Source: a virus | Taxonomy: Duplodnaviria > Caudoviricetes | IMG/VR virus record: IMGVR_UViG_3300020017_000186 | Coordinates: 1-24,296 of that record | Reading direction: 5' to 3' (one strand) | Length of the DNA: 24,296 nt | Part shown: positions 1-8,654 of the stretch, in pieces | Position numbering within the stretch: the first letter of the stretch is position 1 | Layout: every line of letters starts with the position of its first letter | Notes under the pieces: model-generated | Databases searched by the model: none | Seen by the model: only the letters and a program-made list of their open reading frames with translations | Told to the model about the DNA's origin: nothing | Position numbers and translations under genes: made by a program

Positions 1-1
1 C

Positions 2-106
2 CCACCAAATCCACGGGGTATTGACTGCCGTTTCAATGAAGTGGGCGATGTGACAGAAGGCGTGTTTGGAAGCCAGAGTGACGTTATTGCTTTTAGGAGT
101 CGCTGA
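2..106 (+). CDS. 3' end of a CDS truncated by the window edge (hypothetical protein)
   Basis: Open frame PPNPRGIDCRFNEVGDVTEGVFGSQSDVIAFRSR ends in TGA at 104-106, directly before the ATG at 107. Confidence 0.6.
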   Translation, partial: PPNPRGIDCRFNEVGDVTEGVFGSQSDVIAFRSR

Positions 107-859
107 ATGCCAATTACTGATCAATGGCACGAGTCCGTGACTGCCTCACTTGGAGGAAAGGAACGTGTCGGGAAAGGGATTTATCCAAACCCATGGCCTG
201 ATAAAATGCATGAGTACGTTCGCAGACGGGCCAATGGATCAACTATATTCTTAATCGGTGAAAGGATTTTGGACCTGACGGAGCCAAGGTACATAACCAC
301 AACTGAAACCAGCGAGTTGATGGAAAAACTGATCACCATGATCGGAGCCAAGCGAATCCTGGAGCTTGGGATGTACACAGGCAGATCAACTCTTCACTTC
401 CTGCGTGCCATTGTTGGAATCGAAGGGGCAAGAGTCACTTCGATTGATGCGAGGCCAGTACACGACAGGGAATTCTTCTCAAGCGAAGGTATCGCAAAAC
501 ACTTTCGATTCATTGATGGGTGGACTGTTGATGTTCTGAAGACGCTCCATGGTGAACAGTTTGATTTCGTATTCGTGGACAGTGCCCATGATATTGAAAG
601 TACACGAAATGAAGTTGAGTCATTAAAACATGTGATACACGTTGGGACTGTGGTTTGCTTTCACGATGTGCCAGAATGGCAGACTCCTGATAATCATTCC
701 GAATCTACAGTCAGATCATACCTTAATGGATTGATCACTTCAGGTCAGTATTCAGGACTGATGCTGCCCAGTCCAAATCAATTGGATTGCGAGGAGCAGT
801 ACGGAGTCGGGTACGACTCAAGGTGCAACCCTGGATTGGCTATTTTGGTTAAAAGATAA
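107..859 (+). CDS. Class I SAM-dependent methyltransferase (Methyltransf_24 / O-methyltransferase-like)
   Basis: Motif I ILELGMYTGRST, acidic residue in TSIDA, FDFVFVDSAH motif and VVCFHD strand. Confidence 0.85.
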   Translation: MPITDQWHESVTASLGGKERVGKGIYPNPWPDKMHEYVRRRANGSTIFLIGERILDLTEPRYITTTETSELMEKLITMIGAKRILELGMYTGRSTLHFLRAIVGIEGARVTSIDARPVHDREFFSSEGIAKHFRFIDGWTVDVLKTLHGEQFDFVFVDSAHDIESTRNEVESLKHVIHVGTVVCFHDVPEWQTPDNHSESTVRSYLNGLITSGQYSGLMLPSPNQLDCEEQYGVGYDSRCNPGLAILVKR

Positions 860-862
860 ACT

Positions 863-1657
863 ATGGAAATTGTCATCGTCACATTCGCAAGAGACTTCTC
901 CTATTTGAAATACTGCCTCAAATCCATAGATAAGTTCGCTAATGGGTTTGAGGTTGTGACGGTCCTGATTCCAGCCAGGGACCTTCCACTGCTGTTGGAC
1001 TTCACGCTGAACTACGGCAACAAGACACCACTTCGGGTGAAGACGATGGATGAATGGCCAGGAGCAGGGTTCCTGCATCATATGTACATGGTGATGACGA
1101 CTGATGAATGGAGATGTGGGAAAACTCCATACATCGCTCATATTGATGCAGATTGCTGTTTCACAGGACCAGTGACTCCCATGGATTACATGAGGGATGG
1201 GAAGCCAATCCTTCGTTACGAGGAGTTCAATAGCCTGTGTGCAAGGCATCCAGCCCACGGGGAGTGGGAGAAGGCGACAAGGATGTGTCTACCGTACAAT
1301 CCACCGTACGAAACAATGCGTGCTCACCCAGCTGTTTACCACGTCAGCACGTACGCGAAGGCGAGGGAGAGGATGATTGAGAAGACAGGTGAACAGGTTT
1401 ATTCGTACATTCGCAGACAGAAGAATTCATACCCTCAAACGTTCTGTGAATTTGTGACTCTTGGGAATGTGGCTATGATTGATCAAAAGCATCTCTACAG
1501 TCCGCTCAGGCAGAACGGAGACTGCCCCAGTCCCGACAACAAGGTGATTCAGTTTCACGCTCCTGATCCCGTAGATAAACCACAGGACATCTGGATCAAG
1601 GGGAGACAACAGGTGGTCGTTCCAATCGAAGTGATTAGCAGTCTTGGAATAGTATGA
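863..1657 (+). CDS. GT-A fold glycosyltransferase-like protein (DUF6492-like)
   Basis: N-terminal strand IVIVTFARD followed by CLKSI, DxD motif in IAHIDADCCF, and FCEFVTLG motif; lies among methyltransferases. Confidence 0.65.
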   Translation: MEIVIVTFARDFSYLKYCLKSIDKFANGFEVVTVLIPARDLPLLLDFTLNYGNKTPLRVKTMDEWPGAGFLHHMYMVMTTDEWRCGKTPYIAHIDADCCFTGPVTPMDYMRDGKPILRYEEFNSLCARHPAHGEWEKATRMCLPYNPPYETMRAHPAVYHVSTYAKARERMIEKTGEQVYSYIRRQKNSYPQTFCEFVTLGNVAMIDQKHLYSPLRQNGDCPSPDNKVIQFHAPDPVDKPQDIWIKGRQQVVVPIEVISSLGIV

Positions 1658-2214
1658 AGCATTTAATCATCAACAGTAGAGAGGCTTTGGGATTCTGGTT
1701 GAACAGGATTGATCATGTCATTCCTGCCCAGATGGCAGAGATCGGATGCGCCCATGGTGGGTTCGCCAAGATCGTGCTGAATCAGTGGGAGGGGGACAGG
1801 TATTGGATGATTGATCCTTGGAAGGTTCAGGACGTTGAGGTTTACAAGGAGAACCAGCCCACCCAGGAGGATTACGACAAGCAGTTTGGTGAGTGTGAAG
1901 AATTGGCAAGGAACGATGATCGTGTCCGAATCATCAGAGACACATCCGTAAACGCTTCCAAGCTGATTCCTGACGGTCAATTGGTATGTGCCTACATTGA
2001 CGCTAATCACAGCTACCGTTCAGCAATGGAGGATATGGACACTTGGTGGCCCAAGGTGGCTGCGGGTGGGATCATGGGAGGGCACGACTTCAAGACCAAG
2101 ACAGACGAGGGGTGGTTCTGCGAAGTGGACGCTGCGGTCAAGCGATGGACCACTGAGCATAATGTTCCGTTTCATGTGACCCCTTGCACCAGTTGGTGGA
2201 TTGTTAAACCGTGA
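1654..2214 (+). CDS. Class I SAM-dependent methyltransferase (Methyltransf_24)
   Basis: Motifs AEIGCAHGGFA, MIDPW, YIDANHSY and WWPKVAAGGIMGGHDF; ATGA overlap with the upstream gene. Confidence 0.88.
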   Translation: MKHLIINSREALGFWLNRIDHVIPAQMAEIGCAHGGFAKIVLNQWEGDRYWMIDPWKVQDVEVYKENQPTQEDYDKQFGECEELARNDDRVRIIRDTSVNASKLIPDGQLVCAYIDANHSYRSAMEDMDTWWPKVAAGGIMGGHDFKTKTDEGWFCEVDAAVKRWTTEHNVPFHVTPCTSWWIVKP

Positions 2215-2822
2215 CTGCTGTTTCTTCATACAGGCCACTGGGAAGGTTCAGTGATATTGATCACAACCAGATCATTGCCAAGCACAGTTGGGATTCAGTG
2301 TTCGATGGGATTATTTACCTGAATCCGTGGGCTAAGCAGCTTGATTCAATGAAGACGGTGTTCACCGGAACAATGAGACGACCCAGGATGATGGAATTAT
2401 TCCTGACTGCGGCTGTGGCTGGTGGGATTGCAGTAGTGATCAATTCAGACATTGTAATTGGTCAAGGTGCCAGAACCGAATTGAGGAAGGTATTCACTTC
2501 AGGTTCGGCTTGCGCTTATTCGTTCCGGTACGAATTTGATCCCAGAACCTTGAATCTTAATTCTGCCAAGCAGGTTGATTCCGGGTTGGACTTCTTCGCT
2601 GCTCACTCTCTTGTTTGGTACAAGACATTCAACGAGTGTCCTGACAAGTACGTAATCGGGAACCCGGAATGGGACTCGTGGTTGTTAACCCATTGGCAGA
2701 AGCGGTACGGAAGACACTGTGTTAACATCACCAACTGGAAGCTGGTCTTCCATCCAAATCATGGGAACAGGGAGAGGGAGCCAGATGTTGTTGGGATTGA
2801 CCGGACTCACGCACCAGCGTAG
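2211..2822 (+). CDS. Putative glycosyltransferase-like protein
   Basis: VVINSDIVI (DxD-like), GLDFFA, IGNPEWDSWL and a C-terminal HPNH motif; GTGA overlap with the upstream gene. Confidence 0.5.
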   Translation: MTAVSSYRPLGRFSDIDHNQIIAKHSWDSVFDGIIYLNPWAKQLDSMKTVFTGTMRRPRMMELFLTAAVAGGIAVVINSDIVIGQGARTELRKVFTSGSACAYSFRYEFDPRTLNLNSAKQVDSGLDFFAAHSLVWYKTFNECPDKYVIGNPEWDSWLLTHWQKRYGRHCVNITNWKLVFHPNHGNREREPDVVGIDRTHAPA

Positions 2823-2832
2823 CCTTCACAGC

Positions 2833-5163
2833 ATGGCAAAATTTACCAGCGCAGCATTCGTTGAGGATACCGTATGGACCATGCGTCTGGGTGATTATCC
2901 ACGCTCACTCAACCGTGCCCGTATCAACGATCTGTTCAACGGAGTCGCCCCATTCTCAGCCGAATACGTCCAGCAGAACAACGCTGTCACCAACGTCAAC
3001 TTCCTTGAGTCCACCAAACTGGCTCAGGATGCCCGTGGACAGGGGATGTCTGCCCTGACCAAGCCAGTTAACTACTTCACCATCACAGAGGTTGATCGTG
3101 GTCCCAAGCACAAGCGCAAGGGGTATGCAGCAACCCTGACGAAGCTGATCAACCGCAAAGCGATGAAACAGAGTCTCAAGTACTACGAGACTCTGCGATC
3201 AGTGATGGCCAACGTGGTTCTGCATGGGATCGGGCCAGTCATTTGGGATGATACGGAACGGTGGTGTCCCAATGCGCTGGGGGTTGAGGATGTGTTGGTC
3301 CCAAGCAACACGAAGCTGGACATGGACAGCCTACCCTTCTTTGCCATCTTCAGGCCATACACAGCCCTGCAATTGTACCGGCTGACTCATGGACCAAAGG
3401 TTGATCCCGGTTGGAACATGGATTTGGTGAACAAGTGCATTGAACAGGCAGACAAAGAGATTATCGACTTTGGGGTTCCCTACAACGATCTGTACGCCCC
3501 GGAGAAGATTGCTGAACGGATGAAGAGTGACAGTGGGCTTTACTCCGCTGATTCAGTCCCAACGATCAATGCATGGGACTTCTTCTTCTACGATGATGAC
3601 GATGGGGAGGCAGGGTGGAGACGCAGGGTTGTGTTGGATGCCAACTGGCAGCTTGGGTACGGAGGGGTCCCATCCTCGCTCTCGGGGATGAACACGAAGG
3701 TGGGGACGAAGGGTGAATTCCTGTATGACTCAAAGGATCGGGTGTATGCGGAAAAGATTAGTCAGATTGTTCACTTTCAATTCGGAGACTTGTCATCCGT
3801 TGCCCCATTTCGCTACCACAGTGTTCGCTCCCTGGGGTTCCTCATGTACGCAGTCTGCAACCTCCAAAACAGACTCCGCTGCAAGTTCAATGATTCCCTC
3901 TTTGAACACATGCTACAGTACTTCCGAGTCAGAAACCTGGAGGAGTACGAGAGGACCCTTAAAATCAACCTGATTGAGAAGGGAATCATTGACGAGACAG
4001 TCAACTTCGTACCGGCTGCTGAACGATGGACAGTGGATGCTGGATTGATTGCGATGGGTCTTTCCCAGAACAGGGACTTGATGGCCAGCAACAGCAGTTC
4101 CTACGTCCAGCAGAACCAGTTTGGCCAGAATCAGCAGGAGAAGACAGCCACTCAGGTGATGGCTGAAGTGAACAACAACACCCAGTTGATTTCAGCAGCA
4201 CTGGGTCAGGAGTACATGTACCAGAAGTTTCAGTACAAGGAGATCACCCGAAGGTTCACCCTGAAGAACAGTCTGGATGCTGATGTGAAGAAGTTCAGAC
4301 TGGAAGCGTTGAAGGCTGGAATCCCTGAAGAAGTATTGGATTACGACTGCTGGGAGATTGAGCCAGACAAGACGATGGGGGCGGGCAACAAGACGCTGGA
4401 GATGGCCATCTCAGACAAGATGATGGCTGTGAGGAATCTGTTTGATCCTGATGCACAGCGGGACATACTCAGAGACTACACACTGTCTGTCACAGATGAT
4501 CCTGGAAGGACTGAACGGCTGGTGCCTGAACAGCCCGTACTGGTCACAGAGGCTGTCCACGATGCCCAGTTGGCTGCTGCATCGTTGCTGTTGGGGATGA
4601 AGGTGGATGTGAAGGCTGGGATGAACCACATCGAATACATCGAGACGATGCTGGGGCAGGCTGGATTGATCCTGCAACAGATTCAGATGTTTGGTGGAAA
4701 GGCTCGTCCACAACAATTGATTGGGATTGAGAACATGATTGCCCACACAGCCAAACACATTGCGATTCTGGCACAGGACAAGAATGAGAAGCAGAGGGTA
4801 AAGCAGTACGGTGATGCGATTGGGCAGATAATGAATCAGGTCAAGGCACTGACCAAACAGATGCAGCAGGCGATGCAGGCTGCACAACAGCAGAACGGTC
4901 AGCCCCGTATGTCTCCTGACGAGGCTGCGAAGGTTCAGGCGACTCAGGCCATGTCTCAGGCAAAGATGGAAGCTAGTGCCCGCAGCAATGCCCAGAAGAC
5001 AGCGCAGAGACAGACACAGTTTGAGATTACCATGCAACAGGATGCGGAGAAGCATCAGCAGCAGTTGGAACAGCAAGCCAATGAAGCACTTCTCAAAACC
5101 GGACAGGAAGTCTTAAAGAATCAGGCAGAACAGAATGAGCCCACGAACCCGATTACAGAATGA
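2833..5163 (+). CDS. Portal protein (776 aa)
   Basis: Size, position before scaffold and MCP, VVLHGIGPVIW segment, EKTATQV motif typical of podovirus portals, and Gln-rich coiled-coil C-terminus. ATG 2833 preferred over the ORF-track start at 2719. Confidence 0.75.
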   Translation: MAKFTSAAFVEDTVWTMRLGDYPRSLNRARINDLFNGVAPFSAEYVQQNNAVTNVNFLESTKLAQDARGQGMSALTKPVNYFTITEVDRGPKHKRKGYAATLTKLINRKAMKQSLKYYETLRSVMANVVLHGIGPVIWDDTERWCPNALGVEDVLVPSNTKLDMDSLPFFAIFRPYTALQLYRLTHGPKVDPGWNMDLVNKCIEQADKEIIDFGVPYNDLYAPEKIAERMKSDSGLYSADSVPTINAWDFFFYDDDDGEAGWRRRVVLDANWQLGYGGVPSSLSGMNTKVGTKGEFLYDSKDRVYAEKISQIVHFQFGDLSSVAPFRYHSVRSLGFLMYAVCNLQNRLRCKFNDSLFEHMLQYFRVRNLEEYERTLKINLIEKGIIDETVNFVPAAERWTVDAGLIAMGLSQNRDLMASNSSSYVQQNQFGQNQQEKTATQVMAEVNNNTQLISAALGQEYMYQKFQYKEITRRFTLKNSLDADVKKFRLEALKAGIPEEVLDYDCWEIEPDKTMGAGNKTLEMAISDKMMAVRNLFDPDAQRDILRDYTLSVTDDPGRTERLVPEQPVLVTEAVHDAQLAAASLLLGMKVDVKAGMNHIEYIETMLGQAGLILQQIQMFGGKARPQQLIGIENMIAHTAKHIAILAQDKNEKQRVKQYGDAIGQIMNQVKALTKQMQQAMQAAQQQNGQPRMSPDEAAKVQATQAMSQAKMEASARSNAQKTAQRQTQFEITMQQDAEKHQQQLEQQANEALLKTGQEVLKNQAEQNEPTNPITE

Positions 5164-5404
5164 TAAGTCCCTTGCTTCCAATGTCCAAAACATGGTGGAT
5201 GGAGGAGTCTTTGACGCAGCTTCAGAAGCAGCCTTGGCGAATCTGGTGATGCAGTGCAAGAGGGTTGGGACGATTGAGGAAGCTGCGCAGGCGTACAACC
5301 GCATTGTGGGGGCTGTTGAATATCTGACAGCCATCCAGACCATCGCTGATGTCCCCAAACCCAGTCCATCCCGTTTATCTGACAACCTGAACCACAAAGT
5401 TTGA
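5135..5404 (+). CDS. Small helical hypothetical protein between portal and scaffold
   Basis: 89-aa ORF tightly packed between two structural genes. Confidence 0.6.
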   Translation: MSPRTRLQNDKSLASNVQNMVDGGVFDAASEAALANLVMQCKRVGTIEEAAQAYNRIVGAVEYLTAIQTIADVPKPSPSRLSDNLNHKV

Positions 5405-5406
5405 TT

Positions 5407-6681
5407 ATGCCCGAAGCTGCTGCCCCTCCCGCTCCTGCCCAACAGGAAGCATTCACCCCACTCCCCGTCCAGAACGATCCCTCCAGTGGATCAGCCAAAC
5501 CCATCCCACAGATTGATGTGGGGAAGGCTGCGGAAGGGGCCAGATCGAACAAGCCTGCTGGTTCAGGGATGGATGATTCCATGAGTGATCTGGACAAGAT
5601 GTTCGCAGACAATGAGCCCAAGGCAGAGAAACCCACTAGCAGGCCCAAGGAGGCACCGAAAGAGGAGAAGGTGGATACAACCCCTGCTGATGATCAGAAC
5701 GCCCCAGAAGCCAAGGAGGAGGCAAAGGGGGAGGATTATGGGGAGGATGCCAACGCGAAGGCTGGCAATGGGAAGCCTGTGTCTGCCCCGGAGTTGAGGA
5801 AGGCGTACGAGAATTTGAAGCGAGAAGTGGCTGAATTGCGGGAGAAGGCGAAGTCCAAGGGTCCATCTGAGGATGATCTGAAGACGTACAAGGAGCAGTT
5901 CGAGGCAGAACACACCCGCAGGACTGCGCTTGAGAAGGAATTGGCTCAGGCTGCGTACGAACGATCCCCGGAATTCATGGAGAAGCACGCTGCCCCGTTC
6001 AGGAATGCGTACCAGAAGGCCCGTGACCGGATCAGCAGCTTCAAGGTGACTGACAAGGATGGGAATGCACGTCAGGCATCCCCGGATGATTTTGATGCAA
6101 TCATGCAGGTGGGGGATGATATGGAGGCAGCCGTACTGTCCCGGGAACTGTTCGGTGACACGGTGGGACCCATTGTGATGATGCAGCGGGAGAAGGTGCA
6201 GGAATTGCACCAGGGGATGCAGGCAGCGATCAAGAGCGCAGAGGAGAACTTTGGCAAGAGTCAGCAGGAAAAGAAGGTTCAGTCAGAAATGCAGACTGCG
6301 AAGCTGAACAAGTTGTGGAAGACGTTGAATGATGGGGCTGCTGAGAAATATCCACAGTTGTTTCGTCCAGTGGAAGGGGATGAGAAGGGGAACGAACTGC
6401 TTCAGAAGGGGTACGAACTGGTGGATAGGGTGTTCATGGATGCGGAACAGATGAACCCCGAAGAGACGATCAAGCTGCACAGTCAGGTAAGGAACAGGGC
6501 AGCAGCATTTGGAAGACTTGTTCATCAGAACAGGCAGAAGGATGCGAAGATTGCGGAGTTGGAGAAGGCTCTTGAGCAGTACAAGGAATCAGAGCCAAAG
6601 AACGGAGAGGGGAGGATCGGAAAGAAGCCGGAAGCGGAACAGTACGGGGAAAATGCGTTGTCGAGGTATGTGGATCGTTAA
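5407..6681 (+). CDS. Capsid scaffolding protein
   Basis: Disordered Pro/Glu/Lys-rich N-terminus and long coiled coils; sits between portal and MCP. ATG at 5407. Confidence 0.65.
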   Translation: MPEAAAPPAPAQQEAFTPLPVQNDPSSGSAKPIPQIDVGKAAEGARSNKPAGSGMDDSMSDLDKMFADNEPKAEKPTSRPKEAPKEEKVDTTPADDQNAPEAKEEAKGEDYGEDANAKAGNGKPVSAPELRKAYENLKREVAELREKAKSKGPSEDDLKTYKEQFEAEHTRRTALEKELAQAAYERSPEFMEKHAAPFRNAYQKARDRISSFKVTDKDGNARQASPDDFDAIMQVGDDMEAAVLSRELFGDTVGPIVMMQREKVQELHQGMQAAIKSAEENFGKSQQEKKVQSEMQTAKLNKLWKTLNDGAAEKYPQLFRPVEGDEKGNELLQKGYELVDRVFMDAEQMNPEETIKLHSQVRNRAAAFGRLVHQNRQKDAKIAELEKALEQYKESEPKNGEGRIGKKPEAEQYGENALSRYVDR

Positions 6682-7106
6682 GATCGTCTGTGCTCAAAGC
6701 ATTCCAGTCCACTCCACTTGTTTGGTTGGGCAATCGTTGGTCGATTGAATTTTAGGCAGTCTCCGTGAAACCAGTTTGGTTGAAACGTAACGGTTTCAGT
6801 TCGTCCATCTGGAGTCTTGATTTGACTGCTTGATTTGTCAGCCAGTTTACCACGTTTGAAATGCTTGCAGTCATTACAGTCCGCATCAATCGTCTGGCAG
6901 GAAATCGCTTCATTCCGTTCACCAAGCTGCTTGCATTCACGATGGCATTGGAATGGATCGCGATTCCAGTATGAGAACGTGGTGACTGAAGATTCAGTCA
7001 CAGGAAGTCCACAGTATCTGCAATTGACGATTGCGCTGACGTGATTCATAATCTTCACTGCTGTTGGTATTGCGTTCATGTGACCGGATGATCTGTGGTG
7101 GGTCAT
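6678..7106 (-). CDS. Cys-rich putative metal-binding protein, last gene of the inserted cassette
   Basis: CRYC, CHREC, CNDCKH, GDC and C-terminal CFEHRR motifs; ATGA-type overlap with 7103-7639; its stop overlaps the scaffold stop. Confidence 0.65.
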   Translation of the reverse strand: MTHHRSSGHMNAIPTAVKIMNHVSAIVNCRYCGLPVTESSVTTFSYWNRDPFQCHRECKQLGERNEAISCQTIDADCNDCKHFKRGKLADKSSSQIKTPDGRTETVTFQPNWFHGDCLKFNRPTIAQPNKWSGLECFEHRRS

Positions 7107-7639
7107 CCGGTCTTTTCATTAGAACCGTTTGATTCAATCTGTCTCAGGCCAGACTTGATCGACTCTTCTGCCGTCAGCCTGCGCTTAGCTGCTTCTGTGG
7201 CTGCTTCCAGTGTAGCCATTGATCGTCTTGAAGTTGCCATCGCAAGGACTCCATGACTACTGAACTGAGCATGGAATTTGATTCGTTCTTCATTCGTCAT
7301 CTTGTCTGGATCAGCATCACGAACCAGCATCTTGCGAATTGTTCTACGTGCCATCTTGTTGATCCTTCGTGTCGCATCTGATCCTACCGTATGGAATTCC
7401 CCCGCAGTTAGTCTGCGCAAGCCTTGACCGCGAACATGAGCGAAATACTTTCCAGAATCCCGCTGAGTGATCAAGACAGCCCGCGACAGAACCCATGCGT
7501 GTTTACCGAACAGTAAACGGTTCGGGACCAGCGCAAGAATTGTTGCCTTTGGAATCAGTTCGTGATGCTCAATCGCGCTGAGGTATTTTGCGATTGTCAC
7601 CGAATCAACATTAGCCTGCGCTGGAATTTCTTGTCCCAT
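7103..7639 (-). CDS. Basic helical accessory protein of the RAMP cassette (possible nucleic-acid binding)
   Basis: 178 aa with VRGQGLRRL and Arg-rich RRINKMARRTIRKM; start codon directly follows repeat array C. Confidence 0.7.
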   Translation of the reverse strand: MGQEIPAQANVDSVTIAKYLSAIEHHELIPKATILALVPNRLLFGKHAWVLSRAVLITQRDSGKYFAHVRGQGLRRLTAGEFHTVGSDATRRINKMARRTIRKMLVRDADPDKMTNEERIKFHAQFSSHGVLAMATSRRSMATLEAATEAAKRRLTAEESIKSGLRQIESNGSNEKTG

Positions 7640-7645
7640 AAAAAT

Positions 7646-7780
7646 GAAGTGGTGTGGTGTGCGGTGTGATGACGTGGCTTGTTGGGCTGTGTTGTGTGAT
7701 GACTTATCGTGACGTATGATGACGTGTGGTGGTGTGCCGTGTTGTGATTTGGCTAGGCGTGGAGTGGCGTGACTTGCAGT
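7646..7780 (-). repeat. Pentamer array C, 27 units of CA(C/A/T)+NN (candidate guide RNA)
   Basis: + strand reads gaagt ggtgt ggtgt gcggt gtgat gacgt ggctt ... ggagt ggcgt gactt gcagt. The G-NN-D-T phase holds over 135 nt with only four deviant units. Confidence 0.9.
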
Positions 7781-7803
7781 GGAGAAAATCGTAAAATCAT
7801 AAT

Positions 7804-7878
7804 GATGTGGAGTGGTGTGTGGTGACTTGATTTGGCGTGCCGTGACTTGTCTTGAATTGCTGTGCCGTGTTTTGGTGT
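7804..7878 (-). repeat. Pentamer array B, 15 units of CA(C/A)+NN (candidate guide RNA)
   Basis: - strand: AC caa AA cac GG cac AG caa TT caa GA caa GT cac GG cac GC caa AT caa GT cac CA cac AC cac TC cac AT cat. Starts at the RAMP stop codon. Confidence 0.9.
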
Positions 7879-8438
7879 TAAATCTTTTCGAGCTTCACGA
7901 CTTCAAATCGGCCATTCGTGCCACCCTTCTCAGCACGGAACTGGCCCAGTCCGATGAACATACCCGCATGGTCCAAGTGTTCCCGAAGAACCTTCTCGTC
8001 AATCGCATCATCCAGCACAGCGATTGTGACGGTGGTCTTCCATGACATCAGTGTAGGGATGCAACGGGCAACTCGCTTGCCAGAGCCACGCAGTCCATCT
8101 GAGTTGGCATTGATCCAAATTGGTTTAGCATCCTTACGAGTAACACCAAGATCAGCATCTTCCATTACGAGCAATCCGCTCTCAAACAGCTTCGTGTAGG
8201 TTCGCTTACCCTTACCCGGAACCTGACGACCAAGATGCTTCGCGGCTGCGCAGATACAGAACTTCAAAGCCATTGCTGGAATGATGCACTTACCGGCCTC
8301 GTTTACACGAAGCTTTTCTGGGTAGCATCGAACCTCGAAATCTTCGTGGGTTTCACGGTCGGCGCGTTTGCTTTCAAATGGGGCACCGCCTCCAAGTGGA
8401 GCGCGGGATTCTAATGTGACTCGATATTTATTTAGCAT
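7878..8438 (-). CDS. Stand-alone RAMP/Cas7-like RNA-binding protein (Vipr-like), 186 aa
   Basis: N-terminal strand YRVTLESRAPL, IIPAMALKFCI (like the RAMP IPxxxxKG motif) and C-terminal Gly-rich loop AGMFIGLGQFRAEKGGTNGRFEV. Start placed at ATG 8438 because the upstream extension is repeat array and structured RNA. Confidence 0.75.
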   Translation of the reverse strand: MLNKYRVTLESRAPLGGGAPFESKRADRETHEDFEVRCYPEKLRVNEAGKCIIPAMALKFCICAAAKHLGRQVPGKGKRTYTKLFESGLLVMEDADLGVTRKDAKPIWINANSDGLRGSGKRVARCIPTLMSWKTTVTIAVLDDAIDEKVLREHLDHAGMFIGLGQFRAEKGGTNGRFEVVKLEKI

Positions 8439-8442
8439 GATG

Positions 8443-8522
8443 GGGATGGTGTGTTGTGGGGTGGTTTGGCTTGCAGTGCTGTGTGGTGTCTTGTCTTGAG
8501 GTGTAGTGTATTGGTTTGATGT
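8443..8522 (-). repeat. Pentamer array A, 16 units of CA(C/A/T)+NN (candidate guide RNA)
   Basis: - strand: AT caa AC caa TA cac TA cac CT caa GA caa GA cac CA cac AG cac TG caa GC caa AC cac CC cac AA cac AC cat CC. Ends a few nt before the RAMP ATG. Confidence 0.9.
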
Positions 8523-8526
8523 AAAA

Positions 8527-8635
8527 GGCCCGCTCAGGTGAAAGACCAGATCGAATGGGGCTGGTCCGGTTTCCCGGAACTGAGCGGACCAGAAAGTCCA
8601 ATTTGTCAGTCTTGCGCCATTCGACCGGCTTTCAC
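8527..8635 (-). ncRNA. c4-antisense-like cloverleaf RNA with upstream complementary sites
   Basis: Outer stem 8530-8537/8580-8587 and inner hairpins 8544-8549/8561-8566 and 8566-8569/8574-8577. The loop (8551-8558) and bulge (8538-8544) are perfectly complementary to 8617-8624 and 8629-8635. Confidence 0.6.
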
Positions 8636-8654
8636 ACCAGTCACGGACAGGCGG

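Noticed and set aside
2719-2832. Longer portal start at 2719
   Set aside because: Overlaps the upstream gene by over 100 nt; ATG 2833 follows its stop by 10 nt.
4411-6210. - strand ORFs of 175-221 aa opposite portal and scaffold
   Set aside because: Shadow frames of Gln/Glu/Lys-rich coding sequence with no independent support.
7646-8522. Arrays as CRISPR or simple microsatellite
   Set aside because: No 25-40 nt repeats with spacers. Variation is confined to two fixed positions per pentamer with no indels, unlike slippage repeats.
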